From: an uncultured Candidatus Saccharibacteria bacterium
Lineage (GTDB): Bacteria; Patescibacteriota; CPR2_A; CG2-30-33-46; CAZGIU01
NCBI GenBank assembly: GCA_964526535.1
Contig: CAZGIU010000002.1
Span: 1-35,161 of the forward strand
Direction: 5' to 3'
DNA length: 35,161 bases
Shown here: positions 1 through 7,349 of the stretch, in pieces
Numbering within the stretch: position 1 is the stretch's first letter
Layout of the letters: every line of letters starts with the position of its first letter
Program-made: the position numbers and the translations under genes
The notes under the pieces: model-generated
What the model saw: only the letters and a program-made list of their open reading frames with translations
The model's database searches: none
What the model was told of the DNA's origin: nothing

Positions 1-65
1 GACAATAATTTTAATTTCATATAAAATATGATAATCCAACAAGGTAAATAATTAAAGGAGAACAA

Positions 66-503
66 ATGGGAGAAGAAACAAAAACAGAGGAAGTGGTTGA
101 AGAAACCAAGCAAAAAGACAAAGATTACCTGAAAGTTATCAAAAAAGGCTTAAATCATGCTCTTAATGAAGCAGCTGTGGTTTTTTCGCTACCCAATCTA
201 ACCATCAGTTTAGCCTCAGTTTTAACGGTTATTTTTGTAAACTACGTCTCAACTGAAATTTCAAAGTTAATGGAAGCCAAGTTTTATGCAAATCCAACTA
301 TGTACATAGTCTTTACTATGGTAGTTTTAATGTCCTACTTTTTAGCAATTTTAGGTCCAGCTATTGTTTATGCTATTAGAACAAAAAAATGGCTTTCATT
401 GGTTTATATACCTGTTCTGGAAATAATCTGGCTTGCTATCTTTTTAGCTGTTTTATTTTTTACAACCGCTGATAAAACTTTTCCAACTTACAATTTCCAG
501 TAA
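66..503 (+). CDS. Hypothetical small integral membrane protein with an acidic/Lys-rich N-terminus and several hydrophobic segments
   Basis: ATG is preceded by aaaggag 6 nt upstream. The translation has a charged N-terminus (MGEETKTEEVVEETKQKDKDY) followed by about 4 hydrophobic stretches. I recognise no family motif. Confidence 0.55.
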   Translation: MGEETKTEEVVEETKQKDKDYLKVIKKGLNHALNEAAVVFSLPNLTISLASVLTVIFVNYVSTEISKLMEAKFYANPTMYIVFTMVVLMSYFLAILGPAIVYAIRTKKWLSLVYIPVLEIIWLAIFLAVLFFTTADKTFPTYNFQ

Positions 504-519
504 AATAAATTTTGTCTTT

Positions 520-551
520 AAAAAAATAGCCCGCTTGGGCTATTTTTTTAT
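520..551. terminator. Bidirectional intrinsic terminator hairpin between convergent genes
   Basis: Stem atagccc (526-532), loop gctt, stem gggctat (537-543), flanked by an A-run upstream and a T-run downstream. It overlaps the stop codon of the minus-strand gene. Confidence 0.6.
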
Positions 552-1799
552 TTCACCAGATAATGACCATGAAGTATAGTTAGTAATCTTTATTTTAACA
601 AAACAACCAACTAAGGACTTATCGCCCCTAAATCTCACGGATTTAAAGGTTCTGGTCCGACTGTACAAATAATTTTTAGCTGACTTATCGACTAAAACAA
701 TTTCTTCCTTATTAAGATATTTCCGATTATTTTGTTTGGCTGTTTTTTCAAGAATTTTAGTTAATGTTTTCTCTCTTCTTAATTTTTCTTTTTTGCTAAC
801 ATTATCATTCATCCTAGCTGCTTGTGTTCCGGCTCTTTTGGAATATTGAGCGATATAGGCCATATCATATTTAGCCTTCCTAAAAACCGCTTTGGAGTCT
901 TGGAATTGTTTTAAGGTTTCTCCAGGAAAACCAACTATGATATCAGTCGACAAACTCATATTAGGTATTTTTTTTCTTAACTTATCTAGCAATATGAAAT
1001 ATTTTTTCTGAGTATATTTTCTATTCATTTTTTTTAAAATCTCATTATTACCTGCCTGAATGGGTAAGTGAATATATTCCGTAACCTTTTCGGAAGAGCT
1101 AATAGCTTCAATAATATCATCGCTCATATCATGGGGATTAGAAGTAATAAATCTTATCCAAAAATCACCTTTAATATTATTAACCGACTTTAAAAGATTA
1201 GAAAAATTATGTTTTTTATCTTTTAAATTCTTGCCATAACTATTAACATTCTGTCCCAAAAGAACAATTTCTTTATAGCCTGATGAAACTAAATAATTAA
1301 CTTCTCTTAGAATAGACCTAAAGCTTCTCGACTTTTCTCTTCCTTTGGTATATGGAACTGCACAATAAGTACAAAAATTGTCACAGCCTATCATTATAGG
1401 CACAAAAGCCGAAAATTTATTCCCATAATCAGGTTTTATTGAGAAAAAATTTAGTTTCCCATTATTCAAAACTTTATTAAGACCGAGCATTTTAGGAATT
1501 TTAGGAATATCTTTGTTGTCGATAATTAAATCAAAAATCTTTTTCATTTTAGATTTATCTTGAGGCAAAACACAGCCAGTTAAGATTAGCTTTTGTTTAC
1601 CATGCCAATTTTTTAACTTACCAAAAATTCTATCTATGGCAGACTGACGAACAGAACAAGCCATAACCATAATAATATCTGCTTCTTCCAATTTTATAGT
1701 TTTTTTAAAACCAATTGATTTAAACACAGAATCAGCTCTTTCTGAATCAGACTTATTCATCTGGCAACCTAAAACCCAAATATAATATTTTTTTGACAT
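540..1799 (-). CDS. miaB: MiaB-family radical-SAM tRNA methylthiotransferase
   Basis: N-terminal UPF0004-type motif YIWVLGCQMNKSDSE. Radical-SAM cluster motif GCDNFCTYCAVPYTKGREKSR. C-terminal TRAM-like beta-rich end. Length is 419 aa. Assignment to MiaB versus MtaB/RimO is not certain. Confidence 0.8.
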   Translation of the reverse strand: MSKKYYIWVLGCQMNKSDSERADSVFKSIGFKKTIKLEEADIIMVMACSVRQSAIDRIFGKLKNWHGKQKLILTGCVLPQDKSKMKKIFDLIIDNKDIPKIPKMLGLNKVLNNGKLNFFSIKPDYGNKFSAFVPIMIGCDNFCTYCAVPYTKGREKSRSFRSILREVNYLVSSGYKEIVLLGQNVNSYGKNLKDKKHNFSNLLKSVNNIKGDFWIRFITSNPHDMSDDIIEAISSSEKVTEYIHLPIQAGNNEILKKMNRKYTQKKYFILLDKLRKKIPNMSLSTDIIVGFPGETLKQFQDSKAVFRKAKYDMAYIAQYSKRAGTQAARMNDNVSKKEKLRREKTLTKILEKTAKQNNRKYLNKEEIVLVDKSAKNYLYSRTRTFKSVRFRGDKSLVGCFVKIKITNYTSWSLSGEIKK

Positions 1800-1853
1800 A
1801 AGCTTATGCTACAAATTAAAGTTAAATATGTCAATTTATGTTATAAATAAATC

Positions 1854-2378
1854 ATGGGGAAGCATAAATATTATTTCTTTGGTTTAATCTAATCAATCGC
1901 TTCTGGCAAAACAAGCCTGGCTAAGCACCTAGTCAATAGGTTTGATTTCTCATACATACCTTCAACTACCACTAAATTACCAAGAAAAGGAAACATAAAA
2001 GAATATAAACATACTGCGGTAAAGATTTTTAAGATCATATAAAAAAATAATGAACTATTGGGATATACTATTTTTGTCAGTCATTATTATGACAAATTGA
2101 AAAAACGTCGAAGAAAAAATAAATAAACATCATTCAGTTTACATCTTAAACCCTGACCAAGTGAAAAAACTAAAATATTTTTAATTCAGCCAAAAAAATC
2201 TTTTTTAAAAAACATCAAAAAAAAAATTAAAAAATAAAGGCCGCAGTCAAAAGAAATATCAGAAAGACTTAAAACAATTGAAAAAGAGTTAAAGCTTATG
2301 GAGAAGCTGAAAGAAGCCAATTTAGTTGATTATGTTATTAAAACCTTAGATAACGATTATGATTATGCCAAAAAATAA
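1854..2378 (+). pseudogene. gmk: Guanylate kinase-like pseudogene: a single reading frame interrupted by five in-frame stops
   Basis: Manual translation of one frame from ATG 1854 to TAA 2376 gives MGKHKYYFFGLI*SIASGKTSLAKHLVNRFDFSYIPSTTTKLPRKGNIKEYKHTAVKIFKII*KNNELLGYTIFVSHYYDKLKKRRRKNK*TSFSLHLKP*PSEKTKIFLIQPKKSFLKNIKKKIKK*RPQSKEISERLKTIEKELKLMEKLKEANLVDYVIKTLDNDYDYAKK. Features present are a P-loop remnant (xSIASGKT), the S-TTR-PR-G-like substrate motif (STTTKLPRKG), a (F)LEY..YYG-like segment and the C-terminal RL..EL...DYVI.N.D pattern of guanylate kinases. Stops lie at 1890 (TAA), 2040 (TAA), 2124 (TAA), 2154 (TGA) and 2235 (TAA). There is no Shine-Dalgarno. Confidence 0.65.
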
Positions 2379-2391
2379 ATAGAGAAAATAG

Positions 2392-3366
2392 CTAAGAAGC
2401 ATTTTTAGCCAACAAAAACTTAGCTTCTTTTTTTAATTTTGTTTTTTCTTTTTTTGCATTTCTATCGTCAATTATTTTTATCATATGCTTAATAATCGGG
2501 ATAGCAAAATCTACTTTTGGCTCCCTGGTTTTTTCATCTAAAAGTCCAAATAGTCCTGGATTATGATTAACCTCTAAAACCAAATAATCACTGCCTTTAA
2601 TTAAAAAATCAATACCAATAATATCTAACCTAAAAGCTTTAGAAATTTTAATTGATAACTTTTTAAGTTTTTTAGGAATATCCTCTATGGGTATCAATTC
2701 TGCTTTACCGCCTTTAGCCATATTTGATTTATAACTTTTAGTGTTAGTTCTCTTATAAGCACCCACAATTTTATTGCCAGCCATTAAAACTCTAATATCT
2801 ACTCCTTTAGATTCTTCAATATACTCCTGAACAAAAAATTCAGTGTATCTAGTTTTGCCAATTATGCCCTCTATCTGCTCTTTACTATTAACTAAATAAA
2901 TTCCTATGCCCAAGGAACGGAATCTGTTTTTTAAAATTAGGGGGAACTTCATCTTTTTATCAAATTTAACCCCTGGCTTAACGAGAGCTATTTCTGGACT
3001 CTTTATTTTTTTCTGTGCCAAAATCATATGAGTTAACAGTTTATCTCTAGCTCTTCTCATGCCCTGAGTAGTAGGCACCATCCTAATTCTTTGCATATCA
3101 CAATAGGTCCTAAAAAGCTCCTTATAAAAGTGTTTAACGGTTTTTCCTAATCTATCTATTATTAAATCTGGCCATTTAGTCACTTTTTCTTTTTTGTAGT
3201 ACCAAACTAAATTATCGTTTTCGTCAATCACAAACTTGAACCTATCAATATCAATTAAAATAACATCTACGTCTAATTTTTCGCCTGCTTCAACAAAAAG
3301 GTGGTCAGTATATTTTGAATATTTCATGTCATAACCTAAAAACCAGATTGTTTTTCTTTCTTCCAT
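2392..3366 (-). CDS. RimK-family ATP-grasp ligase (alpha-L-glutamate-ligase-like)
   Basis: ATP-grasp C-terminal signature: DIRVLMAGNKIVGAYKR...KSNMAKGGKAE...LDIIGIDFLIKGSDYLVLEVNHNPG. It carries a Lys-rich C-terminal tail. The substrate is unknown. Confidence 0.7.
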   Translation of the reverse strand: MEERKTIWFLGYDMKYSKYTDHLFVEAGEKLDVDVILIDIDRFKFVIDENDNLVWYYKKEKVTKWPDLIIDRLGKTVKHFYKELFRTYCDMQRIRMVPTTQGMRRARDKLLTHMILAQKKIKSPEIALVKPGVKFDKKMKFPLILKNRFRSLGIGIYLVNSKEQIEGIIGKTRYTEFFVQEYIEESKGVDIRVLMAGNKIVGAYKRTNTKSYKSNMAKGGKAELIPIEDIPKKLKKLSIKISKAFRLDIIGIDFLIKGSDYLVLEVNHNPGLFGLLDEKTREPKVDFAIPIIKHMIKIIDDRNAKKEKTKLKKEAKFLLAKNAS

Positions 3367-3378
3367 AAGAACATTCCT

Positions 3379-5103
3379 TTACTTTTTAGAATTTATTTCT
3401 TTTGTGAGAATATCTTTTACAATTGATATCTTTTTTGTACCCAAGTTACCTTTTTTATAGGACCTAACCGAGACACTATTTAATTGTTTTTCTTTGTCAC
3501 CAATAATTAACATATAAGGTATTTTTTCTATCTCAGCTTCTCTAATTTTTTTACCAACAGATTCAGGCCTTTTATCAATTGTGATTCTAATGTTACTCTC
3601 TTTTAGAACTTTCTCAATACTTTTAGCATAAGATAAATGTTTTTTATCGGATATGGGAATAATTCTGACTTGTTCCGGAGAAAGCCATAAAGGTAAGACT
3701 CCGGCAAAATGTTCCAATAAAATACCCATAAACCTCTCTAAAGAACCATAAGTTACTGTATGAATTACAACTGGAATTTTTTCTTTACCATCTTTATCTA
3801 TATAAGAAAGTTTGAATCTCTCCGGAATTTGAAAGTCTAGCTGAATAGTCCCCATTTGCCATTCCCTGTCCAAAGAGTCTTTCATCAAAATATCAATCTT
3901 AGGACCATAAAAAGCACCATCACTATCAAGAACTTCAAATTTTTTCTTACTTTCCTTTAGAATTTTCTTTAACTCTTTTTCTGCTTTATCCCAAGCCCTT
4001 TTATCCCCCATAAATTTTTCTGGCCTAGTGCCAAGCCTAAAAGAATATTCTAAATTAAAAATAGAATAAAATTTATCAACTTTATCAAAAACATTTTTAT
4101 ACTCTTCTCCTATCTGATTTTCAGAAATAAAAATATGAGCATCATCTTGGCAAAACTCCCTAACACGCAAAAGACCATTTAAAGTCCCAGATCTTTCATT
4201 TCTATGTAATGTGTCTGAGTCACTTAACCTTAAAGGAAGCTCTTTATAGCTTCTTAATTGACTTGCAAAAACTATCATAGCATTAGGGCAATTCATTGGC
4301 TTTAAAGCATAAATTTCTTTATTTTCAGTTTTAGAAATAAACATTTCTTCCCTATAATGATCCCAATGACCAGAAGTTTCATAAAGCTCTTTTTTATTTA
4401 TAAGAGGGCTTTTTATTTCCAAATAACCTCTTTTATCATTTTCCTCCCTCCAAAAGCTAATAAGCTCGTTTAAAACAGTTAAACCCTTTGGAAGCCAATA
4501 TGGCATTCCAGGAGCAGTTTCGTGGAACATAAATAAACCAAGCTGTGGTCCCAATTTTTTATGATCCCTTTTTTCAGCTTCTTCAAGATTTTTTAGATAG
4601 GATTCTAACTCTTTTTTGGAATAAAAAGCAGTTCCATAAATCCTTTGAAGCATTTTATTCTTTTCATCTCCACGCCAATAAGCTCCAGAAATTTTTAAAA
4701 GTTTAAAGGCTTGAATTTCTCCTGTAGAATCAAGATGAGGACCTTTGCATAAATCGATAAAATCGCCTTGACGAAAAAAAGAAATTTCTTTATCTGATAT
4801 CTCCTCAACTAACTCTATTTTATATGGCTGTTTTATTTTTTTAAGAAATTCTATGGCTTTCTTTCTTCCCAATTTTTCAGGTTTAATCTCAAGATTATCT
4901 GAAATTAGTTCTGTCATTTTTCTTTCAAGCATCTCTAAGTCTTCGGGAATTAAAGTCCTTGGCAAGTCAAAATCATAATAAAAACCATCCTTAATCGCAG
5001 GTCCTATACCTAATTTAGCTTCTGGAAACATCCACAAAACAGCTTGAGCTAAAACATGAGAAACTGAATGCCTAAGTTTTTCTAAACTTTTTTCTTTATT
5101 CAT
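3379..5103 (-). CDS. thrS: Threonine--tRNA ligase lacking the N-terminal TGS domain
   Basis: Starts directly at the editing/SAD-domain HSxxH motif (RHSVSHVLAQAV). Also has DLCKGPHL, class II core motifs (FRLGTRPEKFMG, GPKIDI, TIQLDF) and a C-terminal anticodon-binding domain. SD ggagg lies upstream. Confidence 0.93.
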   Translation of the reverse strand: MNKEKSLEKLRHSVSHVLAQAVLWMFPEAKLGIGPAIKDGFYYDFDLPRTLIPEDLEMLERKMTELISDNLEIKPEKLGRKKAIEFLKKIKQPYKIELVEEISDKEISFFRQGDFIDLCKGPHLDSTGEIQAFKLLKISGAYWRGDEKNKMLQRIYGTAFYSKKELESYLKNLEEAEKRDHKKLGPQLGLFMFHETAPGMPYWLPKGLTVLNELISFWREENDKRGYLEIKSPLINKKELYETSGHWDHYREEMFISKTENKEIYALKPMNCPNAMIVFASQLRSYKELPLRLSDSDTLHRNERSGTLNGLLRVREFCQDDAHIFISENQIGEEYKNVFDKVDKFYSIFNLEYSFRLGTRPEKFMGDKRAWDKAEKELKKILKESKKKFEVLDSDGAFYGPKIDILMKDSLDREWQMGTIQLDFQIPERFKLSYIDKDGKEKIPVVIHTVTYGSLERFMGILLEHFAGVLPLWLSPEQVRIIPISDKKHLSYAKSIEKVLKESNIRITIDKRPESVGKKIREAEIEKIPYMLIIGDKEKQLNSVSVRSYKKGNLGTKKISIVKDILTKEINSKK

Positions 5104-5255
5104 TTTACCTCCAAATAAAAAATGTCCTCAAAATGTCGGGGCCCTTTCAGGCGGTTCCACCCAACTTTCCCAATGGGACACTCTTTTGATTTGATAACGG
5201 CCAAATCTTCCGAAGCTCAGAGATTGGTTAGTTCTCTTCAAAGCTTTATTATCCT
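5104..5255 (-). promoter_or_regulatory. T-box-like leader RNA (putative tRNA-Thr-sensing) upstream of thrS
   Basis: Minus-strand RNA contains AAGUUGGGUGGAACCGCC (plus 5150-5167), which matches the T-box consensus AANNNGGGUGGNACCGCG at 17/18 positions. It folds into the canonical antiterminator: helix A1 GUUGGG/CCCGAC (5160-5165 / 5135-5140), 7-nt bulge UGGAACC, helix A2 GCC/GGC with loop UGAAAG. Upstream lie an F-box-like CCGUUA, an AGAGA element, and a short hairpin AGAGA-acuaACCaa-UCUCU that displays Thr codons (ACU/ACC) in its loop. Confidence 0.6.
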
Positions 5256-5261
5256 AACCTT

Positions 5262-5289
5262 ATTTTAGCTCTTGATGCTTTTAAGTCAA
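5262..5289 (-). promoter_or_regulatory. Sigma-70-like promoter for the thrS leader
   Basis: On the minus strand, TTGACT (5284-5289, overlapping the tsaD stop codon), a 16-nt spacer, then TAAAAT (5262-5267). Confidence 0.5.
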
Positions 5290-6296
5290 GATTTTAGATA
5301 TTTAAAATAGGAAGCAATGGCTATCATAGCAGCATTATCAGTAGAAAGATTTAACTCAGGCATAAAAAACAAAAAACTCTCATTGAGTGATTCTTTTTTT
5401 AGAGAATTTCTTAGTTTCTTATTAGCAGAAACACCCCCAGATAAAAGTATTGATTTAGCCTTGTGTCGCCTAGCTGCCCAAATAGTTTTTTTAATCAAAA
5501 CTTCAATAACTGCTTTTTGGAAACTAGCAGCTAAGTCTTGTTTTTGTTTTTGAGAAAGCCTGCTTATTTTTTTTACCTCATACAAAACTGCTGTTTTTAG
5601 ACCTGAAAAACTAAAATCCAAACTAGGTAATTTTTTTTCTAAAAAACCATTTTTATTTCTAATAGTTTTTTCCTTAATATCAAACAATGGGAAGCTATAT
5701 TTTAAACTATTGCCTTTTAGCGATATTTTTTCTATAGCCGGCCCACCTGGATAACTAAGATCTAAAAGTCTGGCTACTTTATCAAAAGCCTCACCAGCAG
5801 CATCATCTTTAGTTTGACCCAATGTTTCATATTTATAATGACCAATCATTTTTATAATCTGAGTATGACCACCTGAAACAACTAAAACCACAGCTGGAAA
5901 AATAATTTTTTCCGGCCTAATAAAATTAGCATAAATATGGCCATCCAGATGATTTATCTCAAAACAAGGTTTTTTAAGTATCTTAGCCAAAATCTTAGTA
6001 AAAGAAATGCCTACCACTAAACTTCCAACTAAGCCCGGTTTAGCAGTAACCGCAATAGCATCTATTTTATCAAGTCCAATCTTAGCTTTTTTGATAGCCA
6101 AGTCAGCCACCTTCAGGATTGCTTCAACATGAGCCCGAGAAGCAACTTCTGGAACTATTCCTCCATAAAGCTGGTGTATTTTTATTTGAGATGAAACAAT
6201 ATTAGATAGAATTTTTATTTTTTTATCAGAAAATGATACAAAGGATACAGAAGTTTCGTCACAGCTTGTTTCAATTCCCATAATTATTTTCTTCAT
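5286..6296 (-). CDS. tsaD: tRNA N6-adenosine threonylcarbamoyltransferase TsaD (Kae1/Gcp family)
   Basis: MKKIIMGIETSCDETS N-terminus, SRAH, VSGGHT, DDAAGEAFDKVARLL and GGVSANKKLR motifs. The longest ORF (to 6332) begins at TTG and adds a non-conserved 12 aa. ATG at 6296 gives the canonical N-terminus. Confidence 0.9.
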   Translation of the reverse strand: MKKIIMGIETSCDETSVSFVSFSDKKIKILSNIVSSQIKIHQLYGGIVPEVASRAHVEAILKVADLAIKKAKIGLDKIDAIAVTAKPGLVGSLVVGISFTKILAKILKKPCFEINHLDGHIYANFIRPEKIIFPAVVLVVSGGHTQIIKMIGHYKYETLGQTKDDAAGEAFDKVARLLDLSYPGGPAIEKISLKGNSLKYSFPLFDIKEKTIRNKNGFLEKKLPSLDFSFSGLKTAVLYEVKKISRLSQKQKQDLAASFQKAVIEVLIKKTIWAARRHKAKSILLSGGVSANKKLRNSLKKESLNESFLFFMPELNLSTDNAAMIAIASYFKYLKS

Positions 6297-6347
6297 AATT
6301 AAAAGTATAAAACAAAGACCATCTTTTACCAATTAACTATTTAAGTT

Positions 6348-7349
6348 ATGATAAAAAATATGGAAGTTAAAATATTAGATATTAAAAATAAAGAAGCGCA
6401 CAATTTATTTAACCAGAACTTACTACTACAACAATGGGAATGGGGAGAATTTAAAAAACAAAATGATTGGCTGCCCATAAGAATTGGAATTTTTGAAAAA
6501 AATAAGCTAACTTATTCTATTCAGCTAATGAAAAAGAAATTACCGCTTGGTTTAAGTTTTTTTTATTCACCGTCTGCTAAATTTCCAAAAAATAAAACTT
6601 TAAATATCTTTAAGGGTGGAATTAATGAATTAGCAAAAAAAGAAAAAGCAATCTTTTTAACTGTGGAGTTTTCTGAAGAATTTGACGAAGATCAAACAAA
6701 GAAATTGAAAAAAGCTGGTTTTAAAAAATCATTTCAAAAAATTCAACCGCCTAATACTTTAATTTTAGATATCTCAAAAGACGAAGAAAAAATCTTAGAA
6801 CAAATGAAACAAAAAGGACGTTATAATCTCAGGCTAGCTAAGAGAAAAAAAATAAAAATAAAAGAAGTGACTAAAGAAAAAGACTTTCAAGACTACCAAC
6901 TATCTCATAAAGAAACAACCCAGAGGGATAAAATATCTGCCAGGCCGTTTTCATATTTAAAAAATCTTTTTTGTTTTTTAAAAGAAAATAAAATGGGTAC
7001 GGTTTTTTTAGCATACTATAAAAAAAATCCAATAGCCGGTGTAATTATTTCTGTTTTAGGTAAAAAAGCTACTTATCTTTATGGAGCTTCTTCAAATACT
7101 CACAGAAATGTTATGGCTCCTTATCTTTTGCAATGGGAAGCAATAAAATACGCTAAACAAAAAGGGGCTTTAAGTTATGATTTTTATGGCATAGCACCTT
7201 CTAATCAATTAAATCATAAATGGGCAGGCATAACTAAGTTTAAAAAACAATTTGGTGGTGAAGAGATTAGCTTGCTGGGATCATATGACTTAATTTTTAA
7301 TAAATTCTGGTATTTTTTGTTTAAAATAATCTCTAAAATAAAGAAATGA
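6348..7349 (+). CDS. FemAB-family peptidoglycan interpeptide-bridge aminoacyltransferase (FemX/MurM-like)
   Basis: Family-typical segments KQKGRYNLRLAKRK, YLYGASS..HRN..APYLLQWEAIKYAKQKG..YDFYGI and ITKFKKQFGG. The stop overlaps the next gene's start (ATGA at 7346-7349). Confidence 0.75.
   Translation: MIKNMEVKILDIKNKEAHNLFNQNLLLQQWEWGEFKKQNDWLPIRIGIFEKNKLTYSIQLMKKKLPLGLSFFYSPSAKFPKNKTLNIFKGGINELAKKEKAIFLTVEFSEEFDEDQTKKLKKAGFKKSFQKIQPPNTLILDISKDEEKILEQMKQKGRYNLRLAKRKKIKIKEVTKEKDFQDYQLSHKETTQRDKISARPFSYLKNLFCFLKENKMGTVFLAYYKKNPIAGVIISVLGKKATYLYGASSNTHRNVMAPYLLQWEAIKYAKQKGALSYDFYGIAPSNQLNHKWAGITKFKKQFGGEEISLLGSYDLIFNKFWYFLFKIISKIKK

Noticed and set aside
1854-2378. Stop-codon reassignment (for example table 25 or table 4 style UGA recoding, or UAA read-through) as the explanation for the five in-frame stops.
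   Set aside because: Four of the five are TAA, which is not known to be reassigned in bacteria. Both TAA and TGA end highly conserved genes in this window at their expected lengths (for example tsaD, ychF and the femAB-family gene end in TGA). Trp is encoded by TGG throughout.
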